From positions 2,277 through 66,276 of the forward strand of contig JABDCY010000001.1 in NCBI GenBank assembly GCA_013287855.1: a stretch of DNA of 64,000 nucleotides. Direction: 5' to 3'. The translations under genes and the position numbers were made by a program. Positions within the stretch are counted from its first letter, which is position 1. The number at the start of each line of letters is the position of its first letter. This document shows positions 28,029-37,411 of this stretch, piece after piece. The DNA comes from Candidatus Babelota bacterium. GTDB taxonomy: Bacteria > Babelota > Babeliae > Babelales > Vermiphilaceae. The notes below the pieces were generated by a model. That model was not told the origin of the DNA. It saw only the letters and a list, made by a program, of their open reading frames with translations, and did no database searches.

Positions 28029-28526
28029 TCACTTAGTGGTTGAGCAATTAACCTCCATAAGGCAGTCATCTCCTGAAAAGACCTCATCTTCATCGGTCAA
28101 TTCACTAGTTGCAGAATGGAATTCATCATCAATAAGTTCGGGTAGTTTGTATATCTCACTAAGTTCGTCTTCCTCGTCACAATTACCAAGGCTGTTATCA
28201 GCCATTAGTACATAAACTTGGAGTAGTTTTTTATGGGGAGTATAGGTGATGTTGCTATCTTTGCTCGCTTTGATTTTTTCGAGAGCAAATTGAACATCTT
28301 TAATGGAGGTGTAGGTGTCTATCGTCTGCGATTCTCGCTGCATAACTATTTCTGCAATCTCGTTACCTGATCTTGTTGTACCCGGCAGCTGCGTAAGCTT
28401 TGCAAGTTCGTGCTGTGTATATAACCATCCCCATAAATACACAGGCTTCTTAGTTTGCATAGCATCGAGTGCTGCAGAAAATAAACTGATGCAAACTATA
28501 AAAAATAGGTGGTTACGTGTGTTCAT
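28029..28526 (-). CDS. secreted protein with acidic C-terminal tail
   Basis: Leader MNTRNHLFFIVCISLFSAALDA. Tail NCDEEDELSEIYKLPELIDDEF...TDEDEVFSGDD. Confidence 0.55.
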   Translation of the reverse strand: MNTRNHLFFIVCISLFSAALDAMQTKKPVYLWGWLYTQHELAKLTQLPGTTRSGNEIAEIVMQRESQTIDTYTSIKDVQFALEKIKASKDSNITYTPHKKLLQVYVLMADNSLGNCDEEDELSEIYKLPELIDDEFHSATSELTDEDEVFSGDDCLMEVNCSTTK

Positions 28527-28550
28527 GTATATTTTTCACTGCTATTTAAT

Positions 28551-29235
28551 TTATTGCTTCTCTTGTTTTGATTCTACCAAAAGTTCATCGTCACTAAATT
28601 CCGCATCGGTGTCTAATTCAAGTTCTTTTCCTTCATCCGTTACAAATGTTGGAACTTTGGTTGCGGCCAGGATTCTAAATTGGCCTTCAAATTTGCCACG
28701 TTTTAAAATCATTTTGCCTTTAAATCCCATATCCTCTTCATCGTCTTCTGCTCTTAGTATCCATTCACTGCCATGCGAATTACTTAATATAAGGCATGCA
28801 ACGGCATGCATTGCATACTCTTTTTATCGAACCATCTGGCTTCTTCATGATAATATCAAGTTGCTGATTTGGCGTATCAGGATCAACATCCACATCATCT
28901 TTAACCAGTGAAAAAAATTTTATTCCATCGGCAATGCTAAATTCAAAATCATTTTTTTTGTTTGGTTTCAACTTTATGCCGCAATGTTGTTCGATCCATT
29001 CGCCAGAAATATACCGATAAGTTTCGACTAACGTCGAACCTTTTTGTGTTGCATATTTTTGTTCTGTAGTGATTGAAATAGGAAAGGCGGCATCTTGTGA
29101 AAATTCTCTTGTATAGATGAGTTTACCTTGTTCGCCATTTTTCCAACATTTTGTACCCGTAAGTTCTTTGGTAAACATGCCTAGGATTGATGGCGAAACA
29201 CAGATTAAACTCAACACAATTTTGTTATTCATCAT
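28551..29235 (-). pseudogene. frameshifted paralog of the 29254-29901 gene (secreted, acidic tail)
   Basis: Track ORFs 28780-29235 and 28551-28811 together align collinearly with the 29254-29901 product (DGSIKR / HAVACLILSNSHGSEW... versus DGSLKRLPYALVVHSILTNSAHDSPW...; both end DTDAE.SDDE). The frame break maps to a T5 run at 28820-28824; removing one T restores the frame. Confidence 0.7.
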
Positions 29236-29253
29236 TTTTCTCTTCTCTTAATT

Positions 29254-29901
29254 CTACTCAACTTCATCATCGCTACATTCAGCATCAGTATCTACTTCGG
29301 CATCGCCCGCATAATATAAGTTAAACGAAGAAGTTTCGGTTGTTGCTTTAATCCAAAATTGACCCTTATGCTTTGTATCGTTTTTTAAAATTACAGAACC
29401 CTTGAATGGTTCCTGGATTTTACATGTCTCAACTAACCACGGACTATCATGCGCTGAATTGGTCAAAATACTATGAACTACCAGCGCATAAGGAAGTCGT
29501 TTCAGCGAACCATCATTTTTTTGCAATAGTACATCAGGCTGAGGGCCTGTCATGCTCTTGATAGTTCCAAAAAAAGTTATGGCATCTTCAATGCTCAATT
29601 CAACATCGTCATTCTTATTACTCGATAGCTTTTTGCCACATGCCTTTTCGATCGCATCTTTGGGATAGAATTTATAATAACGTATATATTCTCCCGTCAA
29701 ATCTTTTGTGTTTTTTTCATCATCATACACCCAATCTTTTTGTGTGACAGAAATATGCGAAATGCACTCTCCCGGATATTGAGTAAATTTTCTGATGTAG
29801 TGGTAGCCAGATGTTTCGCTTGTGCTAATTTCTTTGGTTACCATACCTTGGACATGCTCAAAGGATAGTAGTATTACGAGTAGTGCCACTTGTTTGTACA
29901 T
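29254..29901 (-). CDS. secreted protein with acidic C-terminal tail (intact paralog)
   Basis: ATG at 29901. Leader MYKQVALLVILLSFEHVQG. C-terminus DAEVDTDAECSDDEVE. Confidence 0.6.
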   Translation of the reverse strand: MYKQVALLVILLSFEHVQGMVTKEISTSETSGYHYIRKFTQYPGECISHISVTQKDWVYDDEKNTKDLTGEYIRYYKFYPKDAIEKACGKKLSSNKNDDVELSIEDAITFFGTIKSMTGPQPDVLLQKNDGSLKRLPYALVVHSILTNSAHDSPWLVETCKIQEPFKGSVILKNDTKHKGQFWIKATTETSSFNLYYAGDAEVDTDAECSDDEVE

Positions 29902-30880
29902 GAGTAAACTCCCTGATCGTATGGTGTTTATTAATATCATCTAGATTACATTCCTGCTCAACAATATACAATGGTCGCGCCTGGCTCTCTTTATAAATTC
30001 TGCCCACATATTCGCCGAGCAACCAGAGTGCAAAACTCTGCACACCAAGCATAGCAAATCCGGCAAGCGACAACCAAGCAGCAAGTTGATAGTGCGCATC
30101 ATGCATGAGCATTTGATAGAGCATATAGAAAAAAACGATGTGCACGGCAGCAATTGCCATCACTCCCATGTAACCCACAATTTTGAGCGGAAAGGTGGAA
30201 AAACTGGTCATACCATCAAAAGCAAGATGCACCATCTTTTTCCATGTGTAGCCAGTTTGTCCTGCATGGCGATTAGGCCGTTCAAAATCTACATACGCAC
30301 AGGTAAACCCCGTCCATGCTACCATGCCGCGCAAGTAGCGGGATTTTTCTCGACAAGATTTTAGTTGCTGCAGCACTTTGGCATCGACAAGCCTAAAGTC
30401 ACCCACATTGCGCGGAATGCTCACGTCAGAAACGTGCGACAAGAGGCGGTAATAGATAGTGGCAGTCAACTTTTTGAGCAAACCATCGTTGCGGTTAATG
30501 CGCCGCGCATACACAATATCTGCGCCACCAACCCACTCTTGAATCATTTCGTGCAATAATTCTGGGGGATCTTGCAGGTCAGCATCCATAGAAATTATGG
30601 CTTCACCTTGCGCCGCATCATAAGCAGCACTAAGAGCAATTTGATGACCAAAATTTCTACTAAATTTTCTTCCTTTGACTTGCGTATCACGCTTGGCCAT
30701 ATCCACAATTATTGACCAGGTATTATCACGACTGCCATCATCCACAAAAATTATTTCGTAGACATACTGCGGCATTTTCGAGCGAAACAGCTCAGTAATT
30801 TTGTGATAAATCAGCGGAATATTTTCTTCTTCATTAAAAGCAGGAATTACCAAGGAAACCATTTTTTTTGAAACTTGCAT
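29858..30880 (-). CDS. GT2 polyprenyl-phosphate glycosyltransferase (GtrB/ArnC/DPM1-like)
   Basis: LVIPAFNEEENI, FVDDGSRDNT, RNFGHQ and MDADLQDPPE, plus two C-terminal TM helices. This is the classic GtrB/ArnC architecture. Confidence 0.85.
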   Translation of the reverse strand: MQVSKKMVSLVIPAFNEEENIPLIYHKITELFRSKMPQYVYEIIFVDDGSRDNTWSIIVDMAKRDTQVKGRKFSRNFGHQIALSAAYDAAQGEAIISMDADLQDPPELLHEMIQEWVGGADIVYARRINRNDGLLKKLTATIYYRLLSHVSDVSIPRNVGDFRLVDAKVLQQLKSCREKSRYLRGMVAWTGFTCAYVDFERPNRHAGQTGYTWKKMVHLAFDGMTSFSTFPLKIVGYMGVMAIAAVHIVFFYMLYQMLMHDAHYQLAAWLSLAGFAMLGVQSFALWLLGEYVGRIYKESQARPLYIVEQECNLDDINKHHTIREFTHVQTSGTTRNTTIL

Positions 30881-31000
30881 CTAATTTCCATTTTTATTTA
30901 GAATCCGAAAGTAGTTTAGATATTTTACATTTTTTATGTGGAGACACTACCTCAACTGCGCTTGCTCGTCAAAAAAATACTGATTACATAAGGGGTAACA

Positions 31001-32545
31001 ATGCAGCAAAAAAAATTGATGCTCTTTTTTTTAGGTTGCTTATGCATACACCATCTACCTACGCAGGCAATGCTCAGAAGATTTCACACACTGACAGGTG
31101 TTAAAAAAATTAACCCTTTCATGAAAAAAAAGATTGCGCAAAATGTGCGTTTTGGGCTTGAGCAAAAACTCACCGCACCAAATGATCATAAAAAATCGGT
31201 TGAGCCAACAACGTTACGAGAATATTTCCTTGCACAGGCCATGCATAAATTTGTTGACCAAGTTCCTGAGTTTAACAAATTGGTCACCGTATTTGTTGCC
31301 GAAGGCGGATTCCAAGAAAACGCACAATTTAGTTTTGATAAATTGTTTCAAGCTATCGATCATGGTGCTATCCGCGGACACCCTGCCTTTATCAAAAATA
31401 TCCCCCAGGCTTTGCAACCATTTGGCATGAAAACTTACGATCCTTCCATTTCTCAATATCAGTTTATTCCTACCGGCAAACCTTTAGACGCAAATTATTA
31501 TGCAGGCAAAAATGGTCATCCTTTCAAACTTTTTGTTTCGAAGTTGCGTCTTGATCTTCTACCTGAAGACATTCAAGAACGGGTACTTGATTATATCAAA
31601 CTCAGTTTTAATATTTTTGAAGGTCGCATAGCAGAGTTAGCAACACAAGCAATACAACAACGATTAACGCATGAAGAAGGCATTGAATATGCAAACTTAA
31701 TGGTGCATCATCTGTTTGCGCGCAAAAAAGATGCGCCTGAATTGGTCAACTATGATCATGAATTGTATCACCTCTTAAAGAAATCGGTACCAGAAATTTT
31801 CAATGCCCTCGTCTTTGGTCCGCACATAAATCATCTTGCTATCGATCTTAGAAAATCTGGCGTTGGACGCTGGGGAGCTGATGACAAAGATTTTAGAGGA
31901 GGCATCGACCGATTTTTTGATGAGATTGGCAAAACTGGTGAGCATGGCAGAAAAGATACTGGCACACAACGTTGGGGATTCGATACTCTCGATGCGGTGC
32001 AAGGTAATATTCATGATGAATCAGTAAAAATTCGACAAACATCGGTAAAAATGGCGAAGCAACAAGGTGATACTTGTTGTTATGTCGAATTTGTTACGCG
32101 ATGTCCCCAAAAATCTACTTTTGAAATTGCTCATGACTATGCAACAACATTGCGACGCACATGTTACAGTGACTACCAAATGTTGTATGAACAACCACTC
32201 AGTGATGAATCGCTCATGGCAAAATATGAGCGAGAAAAGCCCGATATGTCATTTGAACAATTCGTAGGTTATCACCGGAGGTTAGAAGTTTTTTCAAAGA
32301 ATTTTAAGGCATTGACAGGCTCATCAGAAGAATTTGAGAAATTAGTTACAAGCCAACCGGTATACGAAGGATTTCATACCTACAATGCTACGAATATTTA
32401 CACGTCCAATAGATCTGACGATGCACACATGCACCAGAAACAGACATCATGCGATGAAAACATGTTACGCACAGAAATTGCCCTGAATATTGAGCAGGCG
32501 CGAAAAGAATTTGGGAATGGAATTTATTCAAAAAGTGGTGAATAG
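31001..32545 (+). CDS. large secreted hypothetical protein
   Basis: AGGGG SD and leader MQQKKLMLFFLGCLCIHHLPTQA. 514 aa with no motif recognised. Confidence 0.55.
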   Translation: MQQKKLMLFFLGCLCIHHLPTQAMLRRFHTLTGVKKINPFMKKKIAQNVRFGLEQKLTAPNDHKKSVEPTTLREYFLAQAMHKFVDQVPEFNKLVTVFVAEGGFQENAQFSFDKLFQAIDHGAIRGHPAFIKNIPQALQPFGMKTYDPSISQYQFIPTGKPLDANYYAGKNGHPFKLFVSKLRLDLLPEDIQERVLDYIKLSFNIFEGRIAELATQAIQQRLTHEEGIEYANLMVHHLFARKKDAPELVNYDHELYHLLKKSVPEIFNALVFGPHINHLAIDLRKSGVGRWGADDKDFRGGIDRFFDEIGKTGEHGRKDTGTQRWGFDTLDAVQGNIHDESVKIRQTSVKMAKQQGDTCCYVEFVTRCPQKSTFEIAHDYATTLRRTCYSDYQMLYEQPLSDESLMAKYEREKPDMSFEQFVGYHRRLEVFSKNFKALTGSSEEFEKLVTSQPVYEGFHTYNATNIYTSNRSDDAHMHQKQTSCDENMLRTEIALNIEQARKEFGNGIYSKSGE

Positions 32546-32567
32546 CATACAAATAGATGAGGTGACG

Positions 32568-32891
32568 ATGAAGTTTATACTAATGTTTCTTTTATGTGTA
32601 ATCACATTAACTGTATACAGCATGGATGTTGGTCAGAATGTCAAAGAGGTCATTATTGTATCTCCCTTGTATCAACAAGTGGTAACTATGCCTCTTGTTA
32701 TTGAAACAACCAAAGCACTCAACAGCGGATCATGCTCTAAACAAGAAATATTGGATATTATCCAAGAACTCAAATCACCTGGTTCAACAAACTCTCCAGC
32801 AACAGCAACTATGGCGCAAGTGATAAAGGATTTATATCAGATAGATGACAGTCAAAAGCTCCTTAAAGCGCATCTGCACAAATTTAAATGA
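32568..32891 (+). CDS. small secreted protein (paralog of 33830-34165)
   Basis: ATG at 32568. Leader MKFILMFLLCVITLTVYS. Shares IETTKAL......I..II.EL..PGST......A..MAQ.....Y..D....LL...L.KFK with its paralog. Confidence 0.6.
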   Translation: MKFILMFLLCVITLTVYSMDVGQNVKEVIIVSPLYQQVVTMPLVIETTKALNSGSCSKQEILDIIQELKSPGSTNSPATATMAQVIKDLYQIDDSQKLLKAHLHKFK

Positions 32892-33687
32892 CTTTCTTGA
32901 GCTCTATTAACATAAAAAATCCGCTGCGGCGCATTCCCCACAAACAGGCTGCTAGATACGCAGGCCAACGCCAAAGTCGTGCTTTATAATATGAGCATTC
33001 ATGGTTAGTCATGGGAGCCGTTAATTGAGAAATGCCGACAGGATACCGTGCAAGAATGTTTTTCATTTCTTTGAGGGTATAAGCTTTGGTGCCAATACTT
33101 TCTTGATGGTAAAAAAGTACTTTTGAAAGTGATTGAAACGGTCTTCCTTTAAGTAATCCCGCAAAAATCCAGCGGTAAAGCGCATAGAGAGAATGGCGAT
33201 TGTAGATCATGATTTTTATAGTGCCGCCAGGCTTTGCGACCCGAATAATTTCTTCCAAACATTTGATCGTATTTGGCGAGTGATGAATTACACCCCAGGA
33301 ATAAACCAGATCAAACTGATTGTCCGGGTAAGGTAAATTTTCGGCGTCGGCGACACGGACATCAGCAACTTGCAGACCATAAATTTCTAAGCGATGAGAT
33401 ACATTATCGATGGCTTCTTGCGTCAAATCGACACCATGTGCTTGCGTTCCTGCACGAACCCATTGCATAAAATCGGTTCCTGCCCCAACACCGACTTCTA
33501 ATACTTTTTTGCCATTAAAACGCGTAAATTGGGCAAAGGAAAAAATTTCTGGTTCCGTGCGATATCGTGCTTCTTCAATTTCTTCAAAATAAGATGTGGT
33601 AAATTTTTGTTGCTGCGTCATGTTAGTGCCGCAACTTGCCTGGTTCCAAAAAGCTTTGACCTGCTGCTTGAGAGTCTCATTATTCAT
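32884..33687 (-). CDS. class I SAM-dependent methyltransferase
   Basis: Motif I VLEVGVGAGTD, post-I GVDL and motif II FDLVYS, giving a Methyltransf_11-like layout. ATG at 33687; the track ORF starts at TTG 33744. Confidence 0.8.
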   Translation of the reverse strand: MNNETLKQQVKAFWNQASCGTNMTQQQKFTTSYFEEIEEARYRTEPEIFSFAQFTRFNGKKVLEVGVGAGTDFMQWVRAGTQAHGVDLTQEAIDNVSHRLEIYGLQVADVRVADAENLPYPDNQFDLVYSWGVIHHSPNTIKCLEEIIRVAKPGGTIKIMIYNRHSLYALYRWIFAGLLKGRPFQSLSKVLFYHQESIGTKAYTLKEMKNILARYPVGISQLTAPMTNHECSYYKARLWRWPAYLAACLWGMRRSGFFMLIELKKVI

Positions 33688-33829
33688 TTTGAATCCTTTT
33701 TTTGGTAATCTCAATTTTGCATAAGATCTCGTATCAACTACCAAAAGTCAAGCCGAATCCCTGCACGTATACGTAGGAAGTATATTAACGGAAAACATTA
33801 TTAAGATCGTTACTAACAAAGAGGTAATT

Positions 33830-34165
33830 ATGAAAATTGTTGCAACATTAGCCGTGGCATGTTTCTTCATATGTATTAACGCAATGGATACGAACAAAGG
33901 TGAAGTAATTGTTGAACCGATGTTATCACCAGAAACTCTTAAATCCCACATTACAAAATCTCCTCTAATTGCCGAAACCACTAAAGCTCTTAGCATAGGA
34001 AAAACTGATAACCCGCAAATCAGTCAAATTATACGAGAACTTCAAATACCTGGTTCAACATCTTCAGAAACAATAAGCATTGCCCAAGCAGTTAGGGCTT
34101 TATATAAACTTGATGGTTGTGCACTTCTTCTTGACAAAGATCTTGCAAAATTTAAACAGCAATAA
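33830..34165 (+). CDS. small secreted protein (paralog of 32568-32891)
   Basis: Leader MKIVATLAVACFFICINA; collinear similarity to the 32568 product. Confidence 0.6.
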   Translation: MKIVATLAVACFFICINAMDTNKGEVIVEPMLSPETLKSHITKSPLIAETTKALSIGKTDNPQISQIIRELQIPGSTSSETISIAQAVRALYKLDGCALLLDKDLAKFKQQ

Positions 34166-34177
34166 AGCTATTTTATC

Positions 34178-35485
34178 ATGCTTGCAGCAACCACCCGTGC
34201 ACTCTCGCAGCTGAGAAAATATTCAACTCTCATTGCCGATAGCATTCCAATAATAAAAAATTTTTTGGTCTATGCAAGCGGCGCTCTCATATTGCGCAGT
34301 ATCACCATCATCACCGCTCCGATCACCATGAGCATCGTGTCACCAGCTGAGTATGGTTTACTCGCACTTATTAATAGTTTTATCAGCATTGCTTGCATCG
34401 TATGTGGTTTTGGTTTGCGACAAGCTCTTTCGCTCGAATATTTTCATCGCTCAAAACAAGAGCAACTCCTGCTTGTTAATGATATTATTCTCACGTATAC
34501 CATCATCGCCGTTCCTCTGATGATACTTGCCACATGGTTGCACCCTCTGATTAATCACTATTGTCTGCTGAACACCGCACCTACTTATTTAGTGCTTTTG
34601 AGCATACTGCTTATTTTCATCTACTTTTTTACCGAACTTGTGTATCAAGTTTTGCAATATGAAGGCAAAGCGCTCGTGCTTACGGTGGTGCAAACTGGCG
34701 TTGCCCTTATCACCGTGGCAATCAATCTGTGGCTGTTGTGGTATGTAAAATTAGGGATCGCCAGCATTATTATTGGTCAGTTGTGCGGCATGCTGTTGTT
34801 ATGTTGCGGCGTTGGATATTATCTACGCTCATCATGGAATGTTGCACACGCGCTACATTCTTGGAAATCAATGTATGCCTATTTCAAACTCGGACTGCCT
34901 TTTATCCCCGGCATGCTCTGCGCTTGGTTATTAGCAGCGGGCGACCGTTGGGTGCTTGCGCGCTATGCAACATTGCATGACGTGGGAATTTATTCAGTTG
35001 CCGACACATTTGGACAACTTTTTCAGATGGTTATTTTACTCCCTTTTAGCAATGCGTATTTGCCTTCACTCATGAAAAAATTTGCACAAGCTGATGACAT
35101 TATGGCAGTCGAAAAAACAAACCGCATGCTTATGTGGCTATTTATGCCATGCTGTATTGGACTTGTCGTCTTAGGTTATTGGATTTCCAAACCATTTTTA
35201 CTCTGGTTTTTGCCTCCCTTGTATCACCAAGCATTATCGTATGTTTGTCTCTTGCTCGTTGGTTACATTTTCTTGATGAGTTCCTACTTTGCTGCTGCAC
35301 GCATTCAATTTTATAAAAAATGCTATTTCTTGGCATTTGCATTGTGCGTGCCCGCAGTTCTCAATATTTGTTTAAATTTGTTGATGGTGCCGAGCTGGGG
35401 AATTATGGGATGCGTTTTGGCCACGGTGTTTTCTTATGCTCTGTATTTTATAATTATTGTTGCGTACAACTATCGGCTAGCATAA
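34178..35485 (+). CDS. oligosaccharide/polysaccharide flippase (Wzx-like, MOP superfamily)
   Basis: 435 aa with about 12 TM segments. N-terminus (KNFLVYASGALILRSITIITAPITMSIVSPAEYG) is typical of the polysaccharide biosynthesis protein family. Confidence 0.7.
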   Translation: MLAATTRALSQLRKYSTLIADSIPIIKNFLVYASGALILRSITIITAPITMSIVSPAEYGLLALINSFISIACIVCGFGLRQALSLEYFHRSKQEQLLLVNDIILTYTIIAVPLMILATWLHPLINHYCLLNTAPTYLVLLSILLIFIYFFTELVYQVLQYEGKALVLTVVQTGVALITVAINLWLLWYVKLGIASIIIGQLCGMLLLCCGVGYYLRSSWNVAHALHSWKSMYAYFKLGLPFIPGMLCAWLLAAGDRWVLARYATLHDVGIYSVADTFGQLFQMVILLPFSNAYLPSLMKKFAQADDIMAVEKTNRMLMWLFMPCCIGLVVLGYWISKPFLLWFLPPLYHQALSYVCLLLVGYIFLMSSYFAAARIQFYKKCYFLAFALCVPAVLNICLNLLMVPSWGIMGCVLATVFSYALYFIIIVAYNYRLA

Positions 35486-35494
35486 TGTCAGAAA

Positions 35495-36664
35495 TCATAA
35501 CTTGATTTTTGCTAAATTAGTCCATGGTATAGCTTTACCTGCTGAGCGTATTTGCATTTGATCACCACCATATACTACGACAGGTTGTTGCATATTACGA
35601 ACCTGTTCTTTAAACCAAAACATAGTATCAAAAAATCTCGCGTTCATAGTTGCTGATGCTTTTATTTCCACTGGTGTTGTTTTGCCGCCATATTCAATAA
35701 TAAGATCAATTTCGTGCTGATTGCTATCTCTAAAAAATGTCAATGTTGGACGAATGCCTTGGGCATTAAAATTTTTCATTAAATCTACGACAACCATATT
35801 CTCAAACAAGGCTCCATAAATAATTCGTTGTTGAAGAACGGTTTCTTTATTTATACCCATAAGTGCTGATGCTAAACCAACATCATAAAAAAATAATTTT
35901 GGTGATTTGACAACGCGTTTTCCCAAATTGTTGTGATATGAAGGAAGCTGAAACAACACAAAACTTGTTTCTAATAATGCTAACCAACTTTTTGCCGTAA
36001 TAGGAGTAATACCAGATTGCGCTGCTAATTCAGTAATATTAATTGTAGATCCAATGCGAAGCGCACATAACTGCATGAATTTTTTGAAAATGACAATATT
36101 ATCTAGATTACGAATAGTGCGAATATCGCGTTCAACATACGTAGCTATATAATTCTCATAATAAGTTTGGGCATCAAGGCCTGCTTGATATACACGAGGA
36201 TAAAATCCTTTAAATAGCTGATCTTCTACCGTATCTAATAGCAAATCCGCATTTTGCAATTCTCGTATCGATAAAGGAAGGAGAATATAAAAATAGACCC
36301 TACCTGCTAATGATTCACTAATTTTCTCATGCAATAAAAAATTTTGCGACCCAGATAAAACATAATAACCTCGCCGCGGATCTTTATCGGCTTCTACTTT
36401 TATCTGAGAAAATAACTTTGGGGCATATTGAGCTTCATCTATTATCAAGCCGTGCTCATTTTTGTAGCTGGCAAGAAAACCTTTAGGATCTGAATTAGCG
36501 AACTCAAAATGATCAGCATCCTGCATGTCAAGATAGACGTGGTTTTTAAAAATTTCTCGAGCTAACGTACTTTTTCCAGATTGCCGTGGGCCAATGATTG
36601 CAATGACCGGCATTTGCTTTGCCCCTGCCTTAATTTGACCTTCTAAATCCCGTTTTATAAACAT
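35495..36664 (-). CDS. AAA+ ATPase with DUF4143-type C-terminal domain
   Basis: Walker A GPRQSGKSTLA, Walker B LIIDEAQ, and the architecture typical of AAA_14 + DUF4143 proteins. Confidence 0.8.
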   Translation of the reverse strand: MFIKRDLEGQIKAGAKQMPVIAIIGPRQSGKSTLAREIFKNHVYLDMQDADHFEFANSDPKGFLASYKNEHGLIIDEAQYAPKLFSQIKVEADKDPRRGYYVLSGSQNFLLHEKISESLAGRVYFYILLPLSIRELQNADLLLDTVEDQLFKGFYPRVYQAGLDAQTYYENYIATYVERDIRTIRNLDNIVIFKKFMQLCALRIGSTINITELAAQSGITPITAKSWLALLETSFVLFQLPSYHNNLGKRVVKSPKLFFYDVGLASALMGINKETVLQQRIIYGALFENMVVVDLMKNFNAQGIRPTLTFFRDSNQHEIDLIIEYGGKTTPVEIKASATMNARFFDTMFWFKEQVRNMQQPVVVYGGDQMQIRSAGKAIPWTNLAKIKL

Positions 36665-36915
36665 ACTTACCCCTTCCTAACTATATGAATTTCATATTAT
36701 TGATTATATGATTTTCATATAGTTTAGTATAGAATTTGCATAAAAATTCCCTGAAAAGTTTTTTTTAGGAAAAACTCTTTGAGTCCTTTTACATAACTCT
36801 TGAGATAATCTTTATCGGGGAAGCAGCTCAGCTTCAACAAAATCTTGCATTTTATATCCTTTTTTTGATAATTTTATATTAGAAATATTATAAACTTAAA
36901 AAAAGGAGATACTAT

Positions 36916-37320
36916 ATGAATAGCAAGATGCTGATTGCCTTATTATTGGGCGGAATGAATTTGAGTTGTATCACCAACGGGATGTTTAAATTAGAGAAAC
37001 AATCAATTCCATCTGACCCTAGTTATAAACAATATTCCTATGATAAATCAGGTTGGGGACTATTTCATATAAGTTATTCTCCTCAGGATAAATATATTGG
37101 AATTGGATTTGATCTCGGTCCAACTGATAAATATAAAGAGAGGTATATAAACTTGGTCTATAACTTAAAAACTAACGGAAAAACGTATACAGGAGATGCA
37201 CAATTTTGGAAACAATCACCAAAAGGGTACGGAGAATATTTCCTCGTTGATGACTCCACAAAATCATTATTACTTGAAGTTGCTAATGAATTCATGCAAT
37301 CTGACAATTTCAAAAAATAG
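36916..37320 (+). CDS. secreted hypothetical protein
   Basis: AAGGAG SD and leader MNSKMLIALLLGGMNLSC. Confidence 0.5.
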   Translation: MNSKMLIALLLGGMNLSCITNGMFKLEKQSIPSDPSYKQYSYDKSGWGLFHISYSPQDKYIGIGFDLGPTDKYKERYINLVYNLKTNGKTYTGDAQFWKQSPKGYGEYFLVDDSTKSLLLEVANEFMQSDNFKK

Positions 37321-37411
37321 TAATATTTTGTTCCTATCCAACTTAAAATAATCAGTAACTCAATTGATTTAAAAAGTGCTCCATTATGTAACGAGGGGCA
37401 CTTTTTGTCCT

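Noticed and set aside
28315-28911. 198-aa plus-strand ORF across the acidic-tail gene cluster
   Set aside because: It is antisense to three leader-bearing genes. It is Ser-rich and low-complexity, the mirror of the Asp/Glu codons opposite, and its start has no supporting context.
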